A stretch of 64,000 nucleotides of DNA from positions 5,062 to 69,061 of the forward strand of contig JAFSEB010000047.1 of assembly GCA_017435905.1 (NCBI GenBank), written 5' to 3'. Made by a program: the position numbers and the translations under genes. The notes below the pieces were generated by a model. It worked only from the letters and a program-made list of their open reading frames with translations, was not told the DNA's origin and made no database searches. Positions 1 through 7,704 of this stretch are shown here, piece by piece. Within the stretch, counting starts at the first letter, position 1; every line of letters starts with the position of its first letter. This stretch comes from Clostridia bacterium (GTDB taxonomy: Bacteria > Bacillota > Clostridia > Christensenellales > CAG-138).

Positions 1-26
1 TCGATTTTCTGAAAGCCGCCGAGCTC

Positions 27-1265
27 ATGTACGTTCATCCGGAATTGACAAACTGTCCTCATTGCAACCGACACGCAAGTGTTATCCAGGATTTTATGTG
101 GAGTTGTCCGGAATGTCATAAGTACGGCGATGTGGTGGACTACGTTATGGCACTGGAGCATCTGGATTCAGAATGGGTTGCCATTAAACGCATCTGCCGC
201 ACTTTGCAAATCAAAGTTACCACCCTGGATGTCATCCACGCCGACGAGCTGATGGACAAGCAATTTGAAAACACCGGCGCACTGATTGATGGCTTCATCG
301 GGCGCGGTGTGTATCTACTCGCAGGCTCTCCCAAGATCGGCAAGTCATGGCTGGTGCTCTGGCTTGCTCACAGAGTTTGCCTCGGAGAAGATGTGTGGGA
401 ATTTAAGTCCAGACAGTGCGACGTTCTCTACATCAGCCTCGAAGATCCCGAGCGGCGCATCCAGTCCCGTGTGGCAGAAATCACCCGCGGTGAAACCGGC
501 AACCTCTGGTTCGCTACCGAAACCGAACTCATGGGTAGAGGCTTCGAAGAGCAGATCTCTGGATTTCTTTTTGAACACCCTTCCGTAAAATTCATCATCG
601 TGGACACGCTGCAGAAAGTCCGTCAGCTTCGCGCTGACCAATACAGCTACGCCGGGGATTACGAGGTCATCACCCAAATGAAATCCCTGGCCGACCGCTT
701 CGGCATTACAATCCTTCTCGTCCACCACACGCGCAAGGCAGGAGCCGCCGATCCCTTCTCCATGATCTCCGGCACAACCGGTCTCAGCGGCGGCGTGGAC
801 GGCTCGCTGGTGATGATCAAAGATGAACGCATGGATAACCGGGCAAAGCTCTATATCACCGGCCGTGACACACTGGATATGGAGATGGAGCTCATCTTTG
901 ACCGTGCATCTTCCACCTGGCAATTCCTCGGATACGGAGGCAAAGAGCGCGTCCAAAAACGGGATCGTTTGCTCAGCGAGGTGAATGACTTTCTCACCGA
1001 TGAAGGTCAATTCCACGGAACCGCATCCGAGTTGCTGACGATCCTTTCGGCCAGAACAGAATTGCAGATCAAGTCAGCAAATGCTCTGACTCGATTGCTC
1101 AATCCGCAGAAATCCATGCTTCAGTACGAGTACGGAATCCTCTACAATTTTGAAAGAACCGGCAAGGAGCGCACCCTGCATCTGACGCGAATCATCAATG
1201 ACGATAGTGACGATACCCTGACCCCCGGTAAAGATACCGTCACTATCGTCACAGAGCAAAAATGA
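27..1265 (+). CDS. Zn-finger + RecA/DnaB-like (RepA/AAA_25-type) replication ATPase of the mobile element (primase-helicase-like)
   Basis: N-terminal four-Cys motif CPHC..(15)..CPEC..GDVVDYV resembles the DnaG/CHC2 zinc finger. Walker A GSPKIGKS, Walker B-like KFIIVDTL, and the LLVHHTRK motif typical of the RepA/AAA_25 family are present. The frame stays open upstream to nt 3, so the true start may lie outside the window. Confidence 0.75.
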   Translation: MYVHPELTNCPHCNRHASVIQDFMWSCPECHKYGDVVDYVMALEHLDSEWVAIKRICRTLQIKVTTLDVIHADELMDKQFENTGALIDGFIGRGVYLLAGSPKIGKSWLVLWLAHRVCLGEDVWEFKSRQCDVLYISLEDPERRIQSRVAEITRGETGNLWFATETELMGRGFEEQISGFLFEHPSVKFIIVDTLQKVRQLRADQYSYAGDYEVITQMKSLADRFGITILLVHHTRKAGAADPFSMISGTTGLSGGVDGSLVMIKDERMDNRAKLYITGRDTLDMEMELIFDRASSTWQFLGYGGKERVQKRDRLLSEVNDFLTDEGQFHGTASELLTILSARTELQIKSANALTRLLNPQKSMLQYEYGILYNFERTGKERTLHLTRIINDDSDDTLTPGKDTVTIVTEQK

Positions 1266-1292
1266 GCCGATGCCACCATCGGCATCGGCTCA
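1263..1292. terminator. Shared convergent terminator hairpin
   Basis: Perfect 12-bp stem TGAGCCGATGCC / GGCATCGGCTCA with a 6-nt loop. On the minus strand it is followed by TTTTTGC, closing the 2692->1309 operon. It overlaps the stop codon of the plus-strand ATPase gene. Confidence 0.6.
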
Positions 1293-1308
1293 TCATAAAA
1301 TTAGATTT

Positions 1309-1896
1309 TCAATCTGTAGTTTGTTCTTCTCCCAGAGCACCTACACTTTCATACTCTTCTTGTCCAGCACCTCTATGAACCTGATTAATGTGAATGAGTT
1401 CTTGCATTACACCAATAATGCGCTTAGAGTAAATAACTTTTACAATCAGTTCCTCAAGCTCAGCACGCGTATTGCACTTGATAATATAACCAGCATCAGA
1501 CTCCGAATAAACATCGTCAGCGATATGCTGCTCGAGAATAACATTTACAGGATAATTGCTAATGCCGTACTGCAAATAGCAAACCCTGTACTTGTAACTC
1601 GGATAGGCAGGAGTGCTCAAATAGAACTCGTATTTGTGTTTTTCTTCCCCCTGCTTTCCCAAAGTTGTTTGAATATCGACTCTCTTCTCGACAGTTCCTA
1701 ACGCTGCAGATAATCCTGCTAATCCCGATTGTGTATAAGAATATACATGTCCAGAAAAAGTTGCTACTTTTCCCTGAACGATATTATTTGTTTCGTCCGC
1801 AATCTGATTTGCGATCTCCTCGACAACAGTATTTGGTGCCGTCAGATCAATATCGGCAAAATTCAGTTTGCTCGAAAGGTCAATTTTCGTTCCCAT
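1309..1896 (-). CDS. Hypothetical 195-aa protein, translationally coupled partner of the EEP enzyme
   Basis: ATG at 1896 is preceded by AAGGAGG with a 6-nt spacer and lies inside the last codons of the upstream gene (17-nt overlap). No TM segment, signal peptide or motif I recognise; acidic C-terminus. The longer 202-aa ORF start at 1917 lacks an RBS. Confidence 0.6.
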   Translation of the reverse strand: MGTKIDLSSKLNFADIDLTAPNTVVEEIANQIADETNNIVQGKVATFSGHVYSYTQSGLAGLSAALGTVEKRVDIQTTLGKQGEEKHKYEFYLSTPAYPSYKYRVCYLQYGISNYPVNVILEQHIADDVYSESDAGYIIKCNTRAELEELIVKVIYSKRIIGVMQELIHINQVHRGAGQEEYESVGALGEEQTTD

Positions 1897-2692
1897 GACA
1901 AACCTCCTTAATTTCAAAAACGATTGGAAAATGGTCGCTTATGTCCTCGTTCGGATATCCCTTATCAGTCAAAAACGAATGCGATTGCGTTTCAGTTATT
2001 ATTTTCAACTGATCTTTTGTGAAACGGTCATATAGTACAGGTCTAATCAAAACCTGATCATAAATATTCCAGAACACATTTCCAATCTGGTTTCCACTAT
2101 AAAAATGTGTCCCATACGGCTGTTTAAAGTCCCCCAAGAAGTTCCACATAGGATTGTAAAACATCTTAAACTCTTCGTCACCAACTACACGAGATTTTCT
2201 ACTCGCAACACTGTATGTAGGAATACCATGGAACATATCCGCGTCAATGCACCCTTCGTCAAAAGGATTGACATTAAAATCTCCAACAACAATCGTATTC
2301 TCAGTATTCAACGCCGCTTCAAGTTGGTTGATATCTGAAATTATTCTCCCAATTACCACGCGCCTCATTCCAGCACCTTGTGAATAAATCTGACTTGGTA
2401 AATGAACACAGCACAGAATATCTATTTTATTAATGACCTGCATTGATGCGTACTTCGATTGAGGGCCAGGCTCAACATTTAAAACAGATCCTAAAACAGT
2501 TATACGATCACAACCTGTTGCCATGTACCTACGCATTAGGATTCCTTTGTCGGATAACAAGGCAATCAGTTGATCAGCGTTAGCGGTATACTCCGCTAAT
2601 ACAACCATTGAAATCTCGTTCTCAACAATAACATCAAGAAGCACTGAATTGATATTATTATTTTTATGGGTATTCCAAAACAGCACTTTCAT
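1880..2692 (-). CDS. Endonuclease/exonuclease/phosphatase (EEP; DNase I/ExoIII fold) family protein, 270 aa
   Basis: All EEP landmark motifs occur in the correct order: FWNTH (beta1 Asn), VVLAE (Glu), CVHLP, VVGDFNVN (Asp/Asn), YDQVLI (Asp), ISDHFPI (Asp-His). GAGGA RBS lies 6 nt before the ATG. No signal peptide or TM. Confidence 0.75.
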   Translation of the reverse strand: MKVLFWNTHKNNNINSVLLDVIVENEISMVVLAEYTANADQLIALLSDKGILMRRYMATGCDRITVLGSVLNVEPGPQSKYASMQVINKIDILCCVHLPSQIYSQGAGMRRVVIGRIISDINQLEAALNTENTIVVGDFNVNPFDEGCIDADMFHGIPTYSVASRKSRVVGDEEFKMFYNPMWNFLGDFKQPYGTHFYSGNQIGNVFWNIYDQVLIRPVLYDRFTKDQLKIITETQSHSFLTDKGYPNEDISDHFPIVFEIKEVCHGNEN

Positions 2693-2735
2693 AATGCTTC
2701 CTCTTTTTCAACACAGGCGAAAAACTTACAAAATA

Positions 2736-2764
2736 ATTATAGCTCAAAACCTTTACAAACACAA
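2736..2764 (-). promoter_or_regulatory. Putative sigma-A promoter of the EEP cassette
   Basis: The minus strand reads TTGTGT-17 nt-TATAAT (perfect -10), about 40 nt upstream of the EEP start codon. Confidence 0.45.
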
Positions 2765-2956
2765 GCTCAGATAGATGGATGCATAACAAGGCACAGAACA
2801 GAAAAGCCTGTCGCAGTATTTAGTATTGATCATCGATAGTTCATTCTCCCCATTTTTAAAATTTCTCCCTCCCAGCGGTTCAACCCACTTCAAAAAACCA
2901 CAAGGTTATGTTAAGCTATAAATGCGAAACGCCTTGTACCAGAGAAAGGAGTACAA

Positions 2957-4120
2957 TTGGCAAAAAGAAGATCTAACGGCGAAGGAACACTTCGCCAGCG
3001 TCCCAACGGACTTTGGGAACTGACCCTCATGGACGGCTTCCAGAGTGACGGCAGACGCAAATATAAAAGTTTCTACGCAAAAACCCAGAAAGAAGTAAAA
3101 CAAAAGGCCCGGGCGTACCAGGACGCCAAGGCCGAGGGCATTGAGGTTGATGTGGTCTACTACTTCGACGAGTGGGCCGATCTGTGGTTCGAGAGCCACA
3201 AGGACAACATCATGCCCACCACACAGGAAAATTATCAATACACGCTGCGTATCCTCAAGGCCGCGTTCCCTCACAAGAAGATCCGCGACATCAAACCCTT
3301 TGACATTGAAATGATGCTCAAGAAGCTGCGCCGTGATGGGCGCTCCACTTCCTGCCTCACCCAATGCAGAGGCATGATGTATCAGATCATGAACAAGGCC
3401 GAGGCCAACGATCTCATCCGCAAGAACCCGGTGCGCTTCGCAGAAAAGATGCGATACCGCGAACCGGTGAAACGGAAGGATGCGTTCACGGCAGAAGAAG
3501 TCTCCATCCTCATGGAACGACTTCCCGAAAATCGCATCGGCCTCAGCATCCGTCTGATGCTGGGCACCGGCATGAGAACGCAGGAGCTCTTGGCCCTGGA
3601 ACCGCGCCACATCGAAACGGACGGCTCTCACATCCGCATTGAACAGGCCATCAATATGCAGAAAGGAACTGCGGTGGTCGGCTTACCCAAATCCCGGGAT
3701 AGCTACCGAACCATTCCCGTTCCTCAAAGTCTGCGATGGTGTGCTGTGGCTCTGAGGCAGACGGAGAAGAAGTTTGTCTGGGAGGAACGGAAGAAGGACA
3801 ATCCCTGCAATCCCTCTCACTTCCGCGATCAGTTCCGCAAGGCACTGGAAGCCATCCCGGAAGTTCCAACCCTCACGCCCCATTCCTGCCGACATACTTA
3901 CGTCTCGCAGATGCAAGCATTGGGTGTGGATCTCTCCACCATCCAGAGCATTGTGGGTCACGCCGATGTGGATATGACGCAGCATTACCTCCACGTACAG
4001 GAATCCATCCGACTGGATGCCATCGATCGGTTCAGCAAAGCCTTTCCAACAGGCCGCAGCGGACCGGATGATCCGGACGGAACTACCTGCGGGGTCATTC
4101 AATTCCCCAATGTGGGATGA
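2957..4120 (+). CDS. int: Site-specific tyrosine recombinase / phage-type integrase
   Basis: R..K..HxxR..H/Y catalytic pattern: GTGMRTQELLAL, LPKSRDSYRTIPV, TPHSCRHTYVS, GHADVDMTQHYLH. N-terminal MAKRRSNGEG is typical of ICE/IME integrases. TTG start with AAAGGAG RBS 5 nt upstream. Confidence 0.9.
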   Translation: MAKRRSNGEGTLRQRPNGLWELTLMDGFQSDGRRKYKSFYAKTQKEVKQKARAYQDAKAEGIEVDVVYYFDEWADLWFESHKDNIMPTTQENYQYTLRILKAAFPHKKIRDIKPFDIEMMLKKLRRDGRSTSCLTQCRGMMYQIMNKAEANDLIRKNPVRFAEKMRYREPVKRKDAFTAEEVSILMERLPENRIGLSIRLMLGTGMRTQELLALEPRHIETDGSHIRIEQAINMQKGTAVVGLPKSRDSYRTIPVPQSLRWCAVALRQTEKKFVWEERKKDNPCNPSHFRDQFRKALEAIPEVPTLTPHSCRHTYVSQMQALGVDLSTIQSIVGHADVDMTQHYLHVQESIRLDAIDRFSKAFPTGRSGPDDPDGTTCGVIQFPNVG

Positions 4121-4153
4121 TGTGACGCCCTGTCCAGAGTGTGCCATTGTAAT

Positions 4154-4204
4154 TCTGGTACGAACTCTGGTACGTAAAGTTCCGCGGAAAGCAAGTGTTC
4201 CGCG
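4154..4204 (+). repeat. Two pairs of short direct repeats between int and the att core (candidate integrase arm-type sites)
   Basis: TCTGGTACG at 4154-4162 and 4166-4174. GTTCCGCG at 4179-4186 and 4197-4204. Confidence 0.45.
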
Positions 4205-4254
4205 ACTTCTTGAATAAATGCGACAGAATGGACAAAAACGGCAGATTTCAGACG

Positions 4255-4290
4255 AAAAAAGACCTGAAATCTTACGATTTCAGGTCTTTC
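4255..4290 (-). terminator. Rho-independent terminator directly downstream of the tRNA-like 3' end
   Basis: Stem AGACCTGAAATC / GATTTCAGGTCT (12 bp, loop TTAC). On the minus strand it is followed by TTTTTTCG. It also lies ~135 nt after the int stop on the plus strand. Confidence 0.7.
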
Positions 4291-4335
4291 TGGTGGAGAT
4301 AAGCGGGATCGAACCGCTGACCTCTTGAATGCCAT
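4291..4335 (-). other. tRNA-Ala(GGC) 3' half (anticodon loop to CCA), att-site-like fragment, not an intact tRNA
   Basis: Minus strand reads ATGGCAT(loop, anticodon GGC)-TCAAG-AGGTC-AGCGG-TTCGATC-CCGCT-TATCTCC-A-CCA. The acceptor 3' strand implies G3:U70. The expected 5' anticodon-stem strand and everything upstream are absent. Confidence 0.6.
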
Positions 4336-4360
4336 CGGATTTTTGAGACATTCTTCAATT

Positions 4361-5317
4361 TCAGTACATAATGATCGCCCGGACAGGGCAAACGGGCGTG
4401 CAGTAGCCGCAGGTGAGGCACACGTTGTGGTCGACCTCGGCAAGACCGGTTTGGTTGTAAAAGATCGCACTGTTGGGGCAGGCCGCTTTGCAGGCGCCGC
4501 AGCCTTCGCAATCCTCCTGATTGATGTAGATCTTCTTTTTCGAAATATCCGGATTGTAATCCGCTGCCATCGTGCCGTCAAGGTAGGCAAGAATATCATC
4601 GATCTCCTCGGTTTTTCCGAAGCCGATCATAACAGAATCGATCTCCGGTTTCGAAAACACATAATCAAGCGCCTGCCGGTAATGTCCGGTAAGGTTTCCG
4701 CCACCGAAGGCTTTCATGGAAAAGATGCCCTTCCCCGCCCTTTTGCATGCGCCGATGGCTTCCATCATTTCATCCGCAGAGGCAAAACGGTTTCCGCTGC
4801 GAATACCAAGCCCTGCATAGTTGATCAGCGGAAATACCACGTCGAGCTCCTCCATCCTCGCTGCCGCTGCCGTTATATCCACATGGTGGGTGGAAAGACC
4901 GATGGCTTTTACAAGCCCACGGGACCGTGCATCCTTCAGCGCCCCCCATGCGCCCGCACGCTCTTCAAGCTGCCCGGACCGTACCTCATGCATCAAAAAG
5001 ATATCGATCGCATCCCGTTTCAGCGTCTGCCTTGCTTCCTCTATCGCTTCCATCATCCCGGCATAGTCGGCACTCAAAGATTTGGAGCAAATAACCACAT
5101 CATCAAATCCCCCATTTTCCAGCGCCTTTACGATATACGGATAAGCCTGATAATACTGTGCGGTATCAATAAAGTTGATACCGTTCTTTAGCGCATACCG
5201 AACGACCCTCGCCCCTGCGTCCACACTCAGCGCAAGCTGTGCAGGTCCGATCGGAAGCACGCCAAAACCAACAGCGCTTACTTTGATACCGGTTTTTCCC
5301 AATTCGTTCTTTTTCAT
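4361..5317 (-). CDS. Aldo/keto reductase with C-terminal 2x[4Fe-4S] ferredoxin domain
   Basis: N-terminal LGKTGIKVSAVGFG AKR pattern. C-terminal CEGCGACKAACP and CLTCGYCTPVCP motifs. Start chosen at MKKNELG (GGGA 6 nt upstream); the ORF is open to 5368. Confidence 0.85.
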   Translation of the reverse strand: MKKNELGKTGIKVSAVGFGVLPIGPAQLALSVDAGARVVRYALKNGINFIDTAQYYQAYPYIVKALENGGFDDVVICSKSLSADYAGMMEAIEEARQTLKRDAIDIFLMHEVRSGQLEERAGAWGALKDARSRGLVKAIGLSTHHVDITAAAARMEELDVVFPLINYAGLGIRSGNRFASADEMMEAIGACKRAGKGIFSMKAFGGGNLTGHYRQALDYVFSKPEIDSVMIGFGKTEEIDDILAYLDGTMAADYNPDISKKKIYINQEDCEGCGACKAACPNSAIFYNQTGLAEVDHNVCLTCGYCTPVCPVRAIIMY

Positions 5318-5524
5318 TTTCATTCCCGTTTTCTTTTTTGCCGTATACTGCCGGCGGATCCACATCATATTTGCAGTGTTGACAACAAAAATTATAGCAC
5401 TAATCTTCTCTCATTTCCATGCGGTTCACCGATCGTTATACCGCATTTTCATCAGCACTCGCATTTCCCACGGCAAAAGAGTATACTTTTTTTACAGAAT
5501 ACCAACAGAAGGAGGATGCTGAAT

Positions 5525-5734
5525 ATGCAAAAAATCATTCGCAATGCAATCCGCTGCAATATTTGCAATGAGGTCATCGAATCGAAACGTGTGCACGAAT
5601 ATAAAGTCTGCAGCTGTGGCGCCTGCGGTGTGGACGGAGGTCACGAATATCTGCGGCGGACATTCCGTGAGAAAGGCTGTTTTACCGAATTATCCGTCAC
5701 AGAAGTGCCGGAGGAAAACGTCGAACAGCATTGA
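5525..5734 (+). CDS. Small four-Cys zinc-ribbon protein (69 aa)
   Basis: CNICNEV...CSCGACGV motifs. AGGAGG RBS 9 nt upstream of the ATG at 5525. Confidence 0.5.
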   Translation: MQKIIRNAIRCNICNEVIESKRVHEYKVCSCGACGVDGGHEYLRRTFREKGCFTELSVTEVPEENVEQH

Positions 5735-5788
5735 AAAGCGAGCAATATGAAAGAGCCTTCGCAGGAAGGCTCTTTCGATTATTTCGGT

Positions 5789-6640
5789 TTATTCCGCGAT
5801 GCCGCAGACGCCGAAGCCGCCGGGGCCGCAATGCGTGGTAACAACGCCGCCTGTCGGGATCCAAAGGATCTCCCTGAAACCCATTTTTTCTGCCATTGCC
5901 TGTGCATTTTTGCGGATGCTGTCTTTCAGGCCCTTGGAATACACAAACGCAATGATCTCTTTTTTGAAATGATTGGCTTCCGGGAACTCCTGCAGAAGTT
6001 CAAGCGCAACACGATCCATCTTGCCGCGATACTTTTTCGTTGCTTTCAGAAAACCGCCCTGCAGCTCGATCAACGGGTTCAAAGAAAGGATCTTTGCGCC
6101 AAGGTAAGCTGCGTTGCTGACACGGCCGCCTGCACGCAGGTAAGCAAGATCGCCGGGGAAAAAGCCCATCCGCACCTGCTTGCATATCTCATGCACTTTT
6201 GCAATAACTTCTTCATGCGGTGCATCGGGGTTCGCTTCAAGATAACGGGCGACCAGGATCAGCACGAGTGACTGCCCTGCGGAAACATGTCCCGTATCGA
6301 TGCTGGTGATATTCTTCCTGCCCTCAGCCGCCAGGATCGCACTCTGATAGGAACAAGTCGTTACGGCAGAGTAAGCAAGATGCAGAATATGCCTGTCAGG
6401 ATATGCACTTTGGATCTCGTCAAAGACTTTTACGAAATCTTCCACGGTGCTGCCGCTGGTTTTTGTCAGGATCTTGGTGTTTTCAAAAAAGGAATAAATA
6501 TCTTCAACCGGAAAGGTGCCGTCATCCCGTGTTTCATCGCCAAAGGTCACGTGCATGGGAACGGTAACGATCCCGTATTGCTGCGCAAATGCGGCAGGGA
6601 TATCGGAACCGGTCTCTGCCAGCAGAATGTACTTGTTCAT
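5789..6640 (-). CDS. DegV family fatty-acid-binding protein
   Basis: Collinear with the DegV family (LLAETGSDIP..., TSGSTVEDF, GPGGFGV C-terminus). AGGAGA RBS before MNKYILL. Confidence 0.85.
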   Translation of the reverse strand: MNKYILLAETGSDIPAAFAQQYGIVTVPMHVTFGDETRDDGTFPVEDIYSFFENTKILTKTSGSTVEDFVKVFDEIQSAYPDRHILHLAYSAVTTCSYQSAILAAEGRKNITSIDTGHVSAGQSLVLILVARYLEANPDAPHEEVIAKVHEICKQVRMGFFPGDLAYLRAGGRVSNAAYLGAKILSLNPLIELQGGFLKATKKYRGKMDRVALELLQEFPEANHFKKEIIAFVYSKGLKDSIRKNAQAMAEKMGFREILWIPTGGVVTTHCGPGGFGVCGIAE

Positions 6641-6746
6641 TTCTTTCTCCTGTTCAACGGTAATCGGTATGCATCCATGCGAATTTATCATCTGTTATAT
6701 TAAAAAACAATGCATGATACAGAGAGTATGCTATTCAGAAAAGAGA

Positions 6747-6779
6747 ATTCCGAACTCTACCAATGGTAGAGTTCGGAAT
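6747..6779. repeat. 33-bp perfect palindrome / hairpin in the divergent degV-exonuclease intergenic region
   Basis: ATTCCGAACTCTACCA-A-TGGTAGAGTTCGGAAT. On the minus strand it is followed by TCTCTTTTCT, about 100 nt upstream of the degV start. Confidence 0.5.
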
Positions 6780-7027
6780 AATGCCTGTTTTTCTTGATTT
6801 TTCTGCATTTTATCTTTTTAACAGCCTTTTTCTGTTTTTTCCTGTCAAAGAATCATCGATGCATTTTTATCATCAGATGCCAAATATTCAGCCGATTGCC
6901 CGACAGTTTTCCCATCCATTTTCCATCCTTTTTTCAGCAAAGTCTTTCCCTTTTCGTCAGAATGTGAGAGAATAAAACAATGGAAGACAGGCGGTCAGCC
7001 GCTGAAACTTATCGCAGGAGTAAAACC

Positions 7028-7678
7028 ATGGGCAGCTTTGTGGTCATTGATCTTGAAATGTGCATCATTCCCAAAGGGGCAGGAAGAAAGATATACCCGT
7101 GGTACGGGGAGATCATTCAAATCGGTGCTGCCCTGCTCAATGACCGCTATGAAACGGTGGATACCTTCAAAACTTATGTATCGCCCGAATACGGCTCTAT
7201 TGACCGCTACATCGAAGCGCTGACCGGCATCACCAACGAGGATACCCGTTTTGCCCCACCCATTCGGCAGGCGCTTTCCGCTTTCATGCAATGGGTACCC
7301 CATGATTCTGTTTTCGTTTCCTGGAGCAATGCCGACAAGATGCAGCTTGAAAACGAAACAGCATGCAAGAATATTGATGTTCCGATGCTGCAGCAGTATC
7401 TTGATACATGGATCGATTGTCAGCAGCTTTTTGCAGAAGTCATGGATTCAAAGAAGCAGTATGGGCTGACGGATGCATTGATCATTGCAGACATCGATTA
7501 TGAAGAGCATGCGCACGATGCACTGGTGGATGCATGCAACACAGCAAAGCTGTTTGCGAAAATAAAGCGTGAGCCTGATATGCAGCTCAATCCCCTGTAT
7601 TGCAGCGAAGAAAATGCGGTTTCAGCCGTACACAACCCGTTTGCAGCGCTAAAGAACGCTAACCTGTCGGATAACTGA
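7028..7678 (+). CDS. DEDDh 3'-5' exonuclease (DnaQ/epsilon-like domain protein)
   Basis: Exo I VVIDLEM, Exo II SWSNADKMQL, Exo III HDALVDACN. AGGAG RBS 7 nt before the ATG at 7028. Confidence 0.8.
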   Translation: MGSFVVIDLEMCIIPKGAGRKIYPWYGEIIQIGAALLNDRYETVDTFKTYVSPEYGSIDRYIEALTGITNEDTRFAPPIRQALSAFMQWVPHDSVFVSWSNADKMQLENETACKNIDVPMLQQYLDTWIDCQQLFAEVMDSKKQYGLTDALIIADIDYEEHAHDALVDACNTAKLFAKIKREPDMQLNPLYCSEENAVSAVHNPFAALKNANLSDN

Positions 7679-7704
7679 TCGGCACGTTTGAAAGGAGAAC
7701 AGCC

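Larger units (their letters stand above)
1..4335. mobile_element. Right-hand part of an integrative (mobilizable) element, truncated by the window edge: replication ATPase, AT-rich 2-gene cargo, tyrosine integrase, arm-type repeats, tRNA-Ala 3' half-site
   Basis: Gene content (Zn-finger/RecA-like replication ATPase, tyrosine integrase). Direct repeats lie next to int, and a 45-nt tRNA 3' half at 4291-4335 sits exactly where chromosome-type genes begin. The left boundary is outside the window. Confidence 0.6.

Noticed and set aside
1270-1701. 143-aa plus-strand ORF inside the AT-rich cassette
   Set aside because: It is antisense to the 195-aa partner gene, has no RBS, and would run into the cassette's terminator from the wrong side. 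The minus-strand gene has a coupled RBS and start.
4291-4650. The possibility that the tRNA-like 3' end at 4291 belongs to a tmRNA (ssrA), a common island target
   Set aside because: The ~350 nt upstream on the minus strand are occupied by the 3' end of a well-supported aldo/keto reductase-ferredoxin gene. In addition, the fragment carries a normal anticodon-loop sequence (GGC).
6763-6975. 70-aa plus-strand ORF starting in the centre of the 33-bp palindrome
   Set aside because: F/L/S-rich translation of a T-rich intergenic tract, with no RBS. It begins inside a hairpin.
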